This document shows positions 16,873-23,949 of a DNA stretch of 36,018 nucleotides, in pieces. The translations under genes and the position numbers were made by a program. The stretch lies in IMG/VR virus record IMGVR_UViG_3300045988_025231. The stretch is one strand, 5' to 3'. The notes beneath the pieces are model-generated. The model searched no databases. It saw only the letters and a program-made list of their open reading frames with translations, and had not been told where the DNA came from. The stretch is from a virus. The number at the start of each line of letters is the position of its first letter. Position 1 is the first letter of the stretch.

Positions 16873-18891
16873 TCACCAAGTTTTCTTCATAGGTGGTACT
16901 TCCGGTTTATTCACTTCATCGAGGCTGGAGATGCGGTGTTTTCCGTAGATTGTTCGTGATCCTGCGGAAAGGTTGAAGTTTCCTACCAACTCTACATCTC
17001 CGTGAACCGTCAAGACAGCGCCAACAATCTTAGCATTGTCTTTCATCTCTAGAGTACCAAGAACAAGCGGAGAAAGCACTGTGTCACCCTTATACGAGTA
17101 GTAGGCGTTACCTGACATTCTTAATAATCCACGGTCCGTACTAGCTATCGAATCAAGGACGGCATTATCCGACATTTCCAGTTTAACGTGATTGTTCGCT
17201 ACGTCTCTCTGTTTCAGCACCTTTGAGTTACCGCTCATAATCACATACTTAAGAATCACAGGATTCGCTACTTTCGCAGGAATGTACTTCGCATTATCCT
17301 GCATATAGATGTACCCTTCTACTTTGCCGTTCTTCAACTCCGCATTACCTCCGATATACCCGGTTCCCTTCAGCGGTGTATCCACGACCTGCGCGTTTCC
17401 TTCGATGCGGAAGTTACCGTTGATCTCTACAACATCCTGGACAGTGGATTGAACCTTGCTAGCTCCTCCCAGCGTTCCTCCGAACACGTTGCATCCGATG
17501 ATGTTGAACACACCGTCCAGCACGCAGTCAGAGTATACTACAGAGTCGTAGGATGACTCCAATGCTCCGTATCCCATATATTCTACAGAGGCGTAATCCT
17601 GCACCAGCATCCCGAATACCTTGTCATCTGCGTTACGGTACAGACGGTACATCCCTTCTACTGTGGATGATACAAGGATCGTCTGCGCCTGCTTCGGCAA
17701 GGTCTTGCCAAGATGCTCGGAAGCCTTGGTAAAGTCGATGCCTTCGTAGATGTTTCCGCCCGGATTGCGATCATAATAGAAGATACCCACGGGAACGTTG
17801 CATCCCTTGAATACGAGTTTACCGGATCTTATGAATTCAGCTAAATCGGGGATAGTCCCGCTGGATAATGCCAAAACCTTACAGTCGGCAACGTCCAATA
17901 TTTCCCGAGATGATACAGATGTATACCCGCCATTAAAAGTAGAGTCTATTGACACGAGTTCTGTGTCAATAATTTTACCAAGAATAGGCACGATAAATCC
18001 CGGTTTCGCTACGACAGATACGTTTGTCCGGTATAGCTCGCAATTCGTGAGGATCGTGGCTGCGCTGGTGGCAGAGTACGAGACACGGATGTCCGCAGTA
18101 TCAAGAACAGACACTAAGTCATTCGCGTGTAAGACCTTCAGCGCGGTTCCCGGAGTAGCCGCTCTGTCATACGTAACTGACAAAGTGACATCATTCAAGT
18201 CCATCTTTGATGCGGTCGATCCTCGAATCTTGAATCCGGCTGCTGTGATGTCTGCTGGCGTGATATCTCCACCTGCTTTCTTGCGGACGTTAAGGACAAA
18301 TGCGGGTGCATCCGACAGATCGATCGTTACGTCCGGACCGCCTGTTCTCCATGCGGTAGTAGCCAATGTCACGCCATCCTCGTCCAGCTTGTTGCACATG
18401 ATCTCGTATTCTGCGTTAGGCAGGGTAACCTTACCAGCACCTGCGCTCCACACCATCACTTTAGACCGCACCTTATCCGATGCTTCACGTGCTGCCGCCT
18501 CATATGGCACGCCAGCGTAACCTTCGTAGTAGCCCTGCTCGTACATCGCGGGGGTCTGAGTAACTTCTGAAGTCGCAGATGACACGAACTGCATCATACC
18601 CATGATCCGGCTGTTTCCCCGGATGAACACACGATTCATGCGGGCTGCGTTGGCGAACGCCTCGTTGCTGCCCATGTCCACGATAGCCTCGTCAATCACG
18701 TGGATACCGGGATACTCCAATGATCCGGAGAAAATCCAAGCATTTCCCTTCTGTGCTAACGTCCGCTCGTCGTAGACGTAGCCACCAAGATCACCGACGC
18801 ATACGTGACGGTCCTGCACCGTGAAATCACGGAGAGACCGGATTCGCTTGCGTCCACCATCTTCAATGATTTCGTACTTTTTACATTCCAT
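16873..18891 (-). CDS. Fibre/receptor-binding-like giant protein A (672 aa), with C-terminal (G/D)NA-type beta-helix repeats.
   Basis: C-terminal repeats GNAQVV, GGNAELKNG, QDNAKY, SGNSKV, SDNAVL, SGNAYY and KDNAKI. One copy of the ~100-aa module ends in DITPADITAAGFKI. Shared core GNIYEGIDFTKASEHLGKT. Confidence 0.55.
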   Translation of the reverse strand: MECKKYEIIEDGGRKRIRSLRDFTVQDRHVCVGDLGGYVYDERTLAQKGNAWIFSGSLEYPGIHVIDEAIVDMGSNEAFANAARMNRVFIRGNSRIMGMMQFVSSATSEVTQTPAMYEQGYYEGYAGVPYEAAAREASDKVRSKVMVWSAGAGKVTLPNAEYEIMCNKLDEDGVTLATTAWRTGGPDVTIDLSDAPAFVLNVRKKAGGDITPADITAAGFKIRGSTASKMDLNDVTLSVTYDRAATPGTALKVLHANDLVSVLDTADIRVSYSATSAATILTNCELYRTNVSVVAKPGFIVPILGKIIDTELVSIDSTFNGGYTSVSSREILDVADCKVLALSSGTIPDLAEFIRSGKLVFKGCNVPVGIFYYDRNPGGNIYEGIDFTKASEHLGKTLPKQAQTILVSSTVEGMYRLYRNADDKVFGMLVQDYASVEYMGYGALESSYDSVVYSDCVLDGVFNIIGCNVFGGTLGGASKVQSTVQDVVEINGNFRIEGNAQVVDTPLKGTGYIGGNAELKNGKVEGYIYMQDNAKYIPAKVANPVILKYVIMSGNSKVLKQRDVANNHVKLEMSDNAVLDSIASTDRGLLRMSGNAYYSYKGDTVLSPLVLGTLEMKDNAKIVGAVLTVHGDVELVGNFNLSAGSRTIYGKHRISSLDEVNKPEVPPMKKTW

Positions 18892-18897
18892 AATCGA

Positions 18898-19521
18898 TTA
18901 TTTAGTTTTAGTTTTCATTCTCTCTACTTCGTCATGCCGTCTGCTGATAGCGAGAATGGCATCCGAGTAGTTTATCTTCTTGGCTTCCTCGAAGGAGCAC
19001 GACATCAACTCTGCGGTCATCTGAACCATACCCAAGATGTTCTTTGCTTCCGCTATCGGGCTGGTGTCCGCTTTACCCCCGCCTCGTGGAAGCAGCGCAG
19101 CCTCTAGCTGGTCGGCACGATGAAACTCGGATTCAATAAACTTTGACAACTTGATCATGTCGGCTACCGTTTCCGGAACGTATCCGCACCATCCCTTGAT
19201 GCGGTCGATCGCTGTCTCCGCTCTTCGGGCTTCGATCATCTGCCACAGTTCCACATCCTCAAGTTGTGGGATGGCGCGGATGATCCGACCCTTCCGAGTT
19301 ACTAGGTGCGAAGGTACGATTAATTTTGCAAAAGCATCCAACAACGCCCGCTCATCTTGCGACATAGCCATCACGGCATCGGGCTTTAGATTAGAGAGAC
19401 TTAGCAGGGACATGATCCTCTGCTTGCGGCTGATCCTGCGTTTCATGAATCCGTAGAAACGCTTGAAAGGTCTTGCGAACCGGTAAGCTACATAGCTTCT
19501 GAAGTTTTTGAAATTACCCAT
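18898..19521 (-). CDS. Hypothetical late protein (207 aa), basic N-terminus.
   Basis: ATG at 19521 (MGNFKNF) overlaps the terL stop by 8 nt; the track start at 19542 is a GTG. No motif recognised. Confidence 0.5.
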   Translation of the reverse strand: MGNFKNFRSYVAYRFARPFKRFYGFMKRRISRKQRIMSLLSLSNLKPDAVMAMSQDERALLDAFAKLIVPSHLVTRKGRIIRAIPQLEDVELWQMIEARRAETAIDRIKGWCGYVPETVADMIKLSKFIESEFHRADQLEAALLPRGGGKADTSPIAEAKNILGMVQMTAELMSCSFEEAKKINYSDAILAISRRHDEVERMKTKTK

Positions 19522-20686
19522 TTTTCCTTTGATTTTTAGCACCCGGACGGTACTTGGTTATAAGATAGTCGACTGCGTAGCGAAGTGCGTCCATGGCGTG
19601 GTTATTTGCGTCCTGCGGCTTCGTGGTGTCGTACATCCCTGTCATCCTGTCGAGAGTCCACGAGTACTGGTCGAATTCGTCCTGCACGTTCCGTGATCCT
19701 GCGACTACGTGCAACTTGAACTGCTTGACTTCGCTGATCCCCGCAACCACCGATCCTTTGCCCTTGATGCACGGGATGATCTTGCAGCCCAGCCGGGAAA
19801 TCTCGGTGATGCTCTTCTGCTCCGCGGAATCCGCGATGGTGTACGTCCTGTGGAATCCGAGATCATGGAGAACTTCCGAGATGTCCCAGTTGACCATGCC
19901 CGTCCGGTATTCGAGTTCTTGGATGTACAGATCGCTTCCCTTGAAGCCGACACGCACGATTGCCGTGGGGTCTCCGGTGAATCCGAAGTCAAGACCCAAG
20001 CACTGTCCCGTAACATCGGCAGGGAACTCGGGGACCACGTCATAATCCGGATACACGAGTCCTTCGACTCCTCCTGTTTCTCCGAGACCGAAGATACGCC
20101 ACCAGTTCTCGTCCTGCTTGTTTCGCTCGATCTCCTCGATCTGTTCGGGAGTCAAGTACGGATTGTCCTTGTAGGTACTCACGATCTCGACCATCCCCGG
20201 TCCCTTGAAGTAGTCGTGTGCCCAAAACTTCTTGACAGGATTGTAGTCGATGTAGAGCATTAGCCGGGTACGCACCGCCATCTGACGGAACACTTCAAAC
20301 GGGACACGTTGCGCCTCGTTTACGAACAGGATGTCACGGGCAGGACCGAAAATCTTAGACGAGTCCTCGCAGCCGAAGAATTCGATCTGTGACCCGTTCT
20401 CCAGTGAGTAGATGGAATCGGTCAGATTCATGCATTTGTCGTCCCACACGCCTTCGTCTTGCAACATTCGCTTGAAGTCACGGAACATGCCTCGCTTGAT
20501 GCCCGGCATCGTGTCCGTAACGCAGGAGATGAGGAGCGGTGTTTCTGATTCCCTAGCCATGATGTAGAGAAGCTGAAGCATCGACCACGTCTTGGATGAT
20601 CGTGTTCCGCCTCTGCTGGATACGCCCCGGACATCCGGATCGACCGTGGCTTCTAGGAGTTTGTCGAATACGTAGGTTGTCTTCAT
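19514..20686 (-). CDS. terL: Terminase large subunit (PBSX/Terminase_3-like).
   Basis: Walker A-like GGTRSSKTWS, Walker B ILFVNEAQ, and nuclease-domain motifs GLDFGFTGDPTA, ADSAEQKSI and NHAMDALRYA. ATGA overlap with terS. Confidence 0.85.
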   Translation of the reverse strand: MKTTYVFDKLLEATVDPDVRGVSSRGGTRSSKTWSMLQLLYIMARESETPLLISCVTDTMPGIKRGMFRDFKRMLQDEGVWDDKCMNLTDSIYSLENGSQIEFFGCEDSSKIFGPARDILFVNEAQRVPFEVFRQMAVRTRLMLYIDYNPVKKFWAHDYFKGPGMVEIVSTYKDNPYLTPEQIEEIERNKQDENWWRIFGLGETGGVEGLVYPDYDVVPEFPADVTGQCLGLDFGFTGDPTAIVRVGFKGSDLYIQELEYRTGMVNWDISEVLHDLGFHRTYTIADSAEQKSITEISRLGCKIIPCIKGKGSVVAGISEVKQFKLHVVAGSRNVQDEFDQYSWTLDRMTGMYDTTKPQDANNHAMDALRYAVDYLITKYRPGAKNQRKNG

Positions 20687-21294
20687 TCCTTCGGATCGTC
20701 TAGTTTATCGTCACCGTGTTTTTCTCGCTTCTTAGCGACTTTCGCAAGTGCTTGCATACGTTTCGCTGTATCATTGCTTAAAACTTCAACACGCAGCCCG
20801 CCAGTGATCTTCTCGTCGTTGCTGGTGACATCGCTCAATGCCTTAAGCCCGCGAAGCTTCGAAATGTAGTTAGGATCGTACAATCCGACCGATGCACCTT
20901 TGTCCATGTCATCTCTGATCCATTGACGGATCACCCGGATTTCCTCAAGGAACGCAAGGGATTCGTCATCTTGGTATTTCTCGTGCTGCTCCTTGTAAAC
21001 TCGCTCACGGGAATTCAGATAGTCACAGCTTGTACCGAGAAACTGGGTAAAGCCGAATTCCGTTACCAGCAGCTTCTTTCGTACAACATAACTCTGTCCA
21101 GCCATGACACCGCTCTTCACGTAATCGGTCGCTTCGATCGGATGGTTGCGACACCACATCACGTAGTTGTCGAAGACCTCCCGAAGTTGCCCCGGTTCCG
21201 TGAAGAGTGGTGTATGCCCGAACCGCTCCTTGTACAGGGTGTACAGTTCCTCCCCGTAAAAGGGATTATATAAATTCGCTTGGATACTATTCAT
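20683..21294 (-). CDS. terS: Terminase small subunit (putative).
   Basis: Directly upstream of terL and coupled to it. The N-terminal PLFTEPGQLREVFDNYVMWCRNHP segment is typical of small terminases. I prefer the ATG at 21294 because the track TTG start (21324) lies inside the predicted promoter -7 box. Confidence 0.55.
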   Translation of the reverse strand: MNSIQANLYNPFYGEELYTLYKERFGHTPLFTEPGQLREVFDNYVMWCRNHPIEATDYVKSGVMAGQSYVVRKKLLVTEFGFTQFLGTSCDYLNSRERVYKEQHEKYQDDESLAFLEEIRVIRQWIRDDMDKGASVGLYDPNYISKLRGLKALSDVTSNDEKITGGLRVEVLSNDTAKRMQALAKVAKKREKHGDDKLDDPKE

Positions 21295-21321
21295 GCGCAA
21301 AAATGATATTGGTTTCTGAGG

Positions 21322-21353
21322 CAAAGGTAAGCATTATCCCCAGCATCCCCAAA
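21322..21353 (-). promoter_or_regulatory. Late-operon promoter (Bacteroidota type). -33 TTTG (21353-21350), 20-nt spacer, -7 TACCTTTG (21329-21322).
   Basis: Minus strand reads TTTGGGGATGCTGGGGATAATGCTTACCTTTG, 27 nt upstream of the terS ATG. Confidence 0.55.
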
Positions 21354-21442
21354 TTCTACCCATCAAGATGACCTAGCGAATCACGACCCCACAAAATTCC
21401 GCAAATTACCGGATCTCGGAATCTAAGATTGCCAATTCACGG

Positions 21443-21808
21443 TCCTGCATTGATAAACTGCATTGATGCATAGATCATCAATTCACTGTAACTTACTGAT
21501 CGTCAATAAGATGCATTGCTTGTGCATTGATTGCATAGATGTTTTCCTATATTTACCAACGAAATCTTTTGATTGTGTTAAATTGCATATACAATTATAT
21601 ACACTATTTAACAACATCAAAAGAATTCATATATTTAATAATACTCATTTTATCTATGCATCAATGCAAATATCTATAAATCAGTAGGTTATCCTGCATA
21701 GATGAGAAAAATATTATCAATGCACATCAATGCAGCTTGCGCATCACAATGATTTGTAGCAACTTACAAGAATACATAAAACTACGGATGTACTATATAC
21801 TTTACAAA
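21443..21808. repeat. Non-coding element, copy B (diverged duplicate of 506-886).
   Basis: GCATTGAT at 21447, 21460 and 21524 (plus GCATTGCT at 21513). ATCAATGC at 21660, 21716 and 21726. The 21628-21703 core is nearly identical to 705-781. Confidence 0.85.
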
Positions 21809-21924
21809 AACCCTGTTTTCGGGCTATTTTAATCTTATCTAAGCTTACTCTAAGCTTACGTTTAACATTCTACAACTTCTGTTAGGATTTCTTTTGTAAC
21901 AAATTTTCTTAATATTTTTAGTAC

Positions 21925-21978
21925 AAATTTATAAATTCGTGCAAATTGAGAAAATTTATAAATTCGTGCAAATTGAGA
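21925..21978. repeat. Perfect 27-bp tandem direct repeat x2 (AAATTTATAAATTCGTGCAAATTGAGA).
   Basis: Units at 21925-21951 and 21952-21978 are identical. A partial inverted copy follows at about 21985-22013. Confidence 0.9.
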
Positions 21979-22009
21979 GAACTTACGAAATTTGCATAAA
22001 TTCTCTCAA
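21973..22009 (-). terminator. Stem-loop (9-bp stem TTGAGAGAA/TTCTCTCAA, 19-nt loop) directly after the last early gene; candidate early-operon terminator or protein-binding site.
   Basis: Inverted repeat read directly, starting 10 nt downstream of the stop at 22019. There is no clean U-tract. Confidence 0.35.
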
Positions 22010-22018
22010 ATTTCTTTC

Positions 22019-22546
22019 CTACGGAGCTACCTTGTAGCGTTCGCAAATCGATTTCACGAACTGCTTTTTATTCAGTGAACTTCTCTCTCCTTCCACGAAT
22101 TCCCAAGAGTTTCCCGTCCACCGGAAGAAACTCACAGCCCCGTTCACGTAATGCCGGAATTCGTAGATGCGGTGTTCCTCCACATCCCCGACCGTATCCG
22201 TTATATCCGATACGCGGATCAGCCGTTTATTGTGTGACTCCTTAGCCTGTAATTTCTCCTCAAACCGATTAGTTTCGAATCTCTCGTCACTGATCGCGGC
22301 ATTGATCTTAGCGGTACGGGCGCAGCATCTGGTCAGTGGGCTTCTGCGGTCAAACAGCCCGAACACGTACTGCACGAATTCCTCCCGTTTCTTCTCAAAC
22401 AGGTCTGCGGGACCATAGTAGCTGACTTTACCCCGATGGACCCTAGACACGGGCTTCTTCCGGTGCATCCGCAGAAATTGGCACACAGCGAATACGTGTA
22501 CGTTAAACATCATCCCGATATGTCCTAAGTTTACTTGCTTGCTCAT
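22019..22546 (-). CDS. Hypothetical protein (175 aa), last gene of the early region.
   Basis: ATG at 22546 with an ATGA overlap onto the upstream micro-ORF. No motif recognised. Confidence 0.55.
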   Translation of the reverse strand: MSKQVNLGHIGMMFNVHVFAVCQFLRMHRKKPVSRVHRGKVSYYGPADLFEKKREEFVQYVFGLFDRRSPLTRCCARTAKINAAISDERFETNRFEEKLQAKESHNKRLIRVSDITDTVGDVEEHRIYEFRHYVNGAVSFFRWTGNSWEFVEGERSSLNKKQFVKSICERYKVAP

Positions 22547-22647
22547 AATTCTGTTAAAATGGTTACTACTCCTACTAAAAACACTCCTAAGAAAATCCCC
22601 GCAATGGCTGCGAGGATTGTTCCGATAATTATCTCACTTGGTTTCAT
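22543..22647 (-). CDS. 34-aa single-pass membrane micro-protein (MKPSEIIIGTILAAIAGIFLGVFLVGVVTILTEL).
   Basis: ATG at 22647 forms an ATGA overlap with the stop of the 211-aa gene, and its own stop forms an ATGA with the next gene. The 73-aa track ORF is an upstream extension that overlaps the preceding gene. Confidence 0.45.
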   Translation of the reverse strand: MKPSEIIIGTILAAIAGIFLGVFLVGVVTILTEL

Positions 22648-23279
22648 CGCATTAACAAGGCTGTTGTTATTACACCTACCCCTACACCCAACAGGGCTAC
22701 TATGATCATTACTTTGACCAAGCCGTTGGAGAGTTTCCCGTATTCCTTGACTGAGTCCATACACTTCTTTTCGGAAGCATTGTACGCGCTCTTGTAGAAA
22801 TCTAAGTTCTCTCGGGCATTCCCTAGGGATTCTTTCATATATGTATTCTCGATGACTAGCTTTTTCACCCGTCCAGTCAGCTCCGTGTTATCTTTAGACA
22901 ACCGGATATACTTTTCCACCCGGTTGTTGTAGGCTTTCTCTGTGCTTACCAGATCCTCTTTCAGCCTCTTTATAAGATCCATCTTTTTCTTGAGGTCATC
23001 ACGGAGACCCTTAATCTGTTGATCCCGGTGTTTCTTGGCATGGCAGTCTCGACAGCCGTCTTCCGGCTTCCTTGATTCCGGCTTCCTTGATTCCGACTTC
23101 TTTTCAGGTTCATCGTCTTCGAAGACACCAATAGCTCTCTCCATGCAGTCCTTACAGACCCTTACTTCGTTCTCCTTGCCGTTGTTAAAGCACACAACGT
23201 GGGCTACGTTCTTCCGGCACACGTCACACAATAATATGGTCTTAAACGTGCTATCCGGTTTGTTTACTTGATATTCCAT
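22644..23279 (-). CDS. Zinc-ribbon / coiled-coil / C-terminal TM (tail-anchored) protein, 211 aa.
   Basis: CDVC...CKDC N-terminal Cys pairs, tandem SRKPE SRKPE, a long heptad-rich middle, and the terminal hydrophobic helix VMIIVALLGVGVGVITTALL. Confidence 0.6.
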   Translation of the reverse strand: MEYQVNKPDSTFKTILLCDVCRKNVAHVVCFNNGKENEVRVCKDCMERAIGVFEDDEPEKKSESRKPESRKPEDGCRDCHAKKHRDQQIKGLRDDLKKKMDLIKRLKEDLVSTEKAYNNRVEKYIRLSKDNTELTGRVKKLVIENTYMKESLGNARENLDFYKSAYNASEKKCMDSVKEYGKLSNGLVKVMIIVALLGVGVGVITTALLMR

Positions 23280-23686
23280 GACTTTTTCTTTCTTTTGATT
23301 GGTTTTACTTTAGATAATATCTCGGCAGCCAGCAACCGGGCTTCAAGCGGTGACAGGATGATCTTCTGCATTGTCACGCCATTCTCCATACGGGCGATCA
23401 CGTAATCTCCGGTGTTTCCCTTTTCCATGAGTTTCACACCGAAACGGTCTCTCTTGTTGATCGCCTCGCGCATCCTGCGCTGCGCCTCTTCCATACGTTC
23501 GAACTGCTGCATCTTATACTGACGATTGCCGTATCCCCGCTCTTCCTCAAGACCGCTGATGTAGGCATCATCAAGTTCTGCCAGCCTGGCGTTATACTCA
23601 GCCTCGGTCATCCAGCCTTTAGCTCTGTGGTGCTCTAGAGTAGCTCTAGCAGCACTGTATTCTGTGTCAGAAATAATTACAGCCAT
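23264..23686 (-). CDS. Hypothetical soluble protein (140 aa).
   Basis: ATG at 23686 (MAVIISDTEY); the track start at 23701 is a TTG. Helical and charged; no motif. Confidence 0.5.
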   Translation of the reverse strand: MAVIISDTEYSAARATLEHHRAKGWMTEAEYNARLAELDDAYISGLEEERGYGNRQYKMQQFERMEEAQRRMREAINKRDRFGVKLMEKGNTGDYVIARMENGVTMQKIILSPLEARLLAAEILSKVKPIKRKKKSWNIK

Positions 23687-23949
23687 GCGCCCACCAGCCA
23701 ATATAAGTCAATTGCCTTAAGTGTAATTACTCTCAGTGTTCCTCCGACAGCCGCGCCAGCCACGGTCAGCCAGAAGTCTATCCAATCCCATTTGCCACCC
23801 CATTGGGCATCCTTGAACTCCATACCTGCAGCAACTCCACAGGTAAACACAAATCCTGCCAAATATGATAATACGATGGCATAAAGTAAGTGCTTGTAGC
23901 GGTTCGACTTTCCGAACCATTCGATAATCTTTTTAATCATTGTTTTCAT
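23677..23949 (-). CDS. Small integral membrane protein (90 aa, 2-3 TM).
   Basis: Hydrophobic segments LLYAIVLSYLAGFVFTCGVAAGM and WIDFWLTVAGAAVGGTL. ATGA overlap with the upstream gene. Confidence 0.6.
   Translation of the reverse strand: MKTMIKKIIEWFGKSNRYKHLLYAIVLSYLAGFVFTCGVAAGMEFKDAQWGGKWDWIDFWLTVAGAAVGGTLRVITLKAIDLYWLVGAWL

Noticed and set aside
17798-18520. Long antisense plus-strand ORFs inside minus-strand genes (17798..18520 at 240 aa, 9376..9978 at 200 aa, 25212..25769 at 185 aa, and many shorter ones).
   Set aside because: Each lies entirely within a longer minus-strand gene that has recognisable motifs or paralogy. Their products are Ser/Leu/Arg-rich low-complexity sequence typical of the antisense frame, and none has its own promoter or gap.
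14190-18891. Diversity-generating retroelement targeting the fibre-like genes.
   Set aside because: There is no reverse transcriptase gene anywhere in the genome. There is also no template/variable repeat pair: similarity between the two fibre genes is at the level of old, diverged paralogy (about 70% or less at DNA level in the best block).
887-21294. Stop-codon reassignment (TAG or TGA recoding), as seen in some gut Bacteroidota phages.
   Set aside because: All late and early genes read as uninterrupted standard-code ORFs with sensible lengths and tight stop-start coupling. I saw no fragmented gene pattern.
21295-21324. TTG start at 21324 for terS (ORF-track start).
   Set aside because: It lies within the predicted -7 box (TACCTTTG, 21329-21322) of the late promoter, so it would not be in the transcript. 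The first ATG (21294) is used instead.
22543-22764. 73-aa form of the ORF at 22543..22764.
   Set aside because: Its first 39 codons overlap the 3' end of the 211-aa gene in another frame. The internal ATG at 22647 gives a clean ATGA-coupled 34-aa TM peptide instead.
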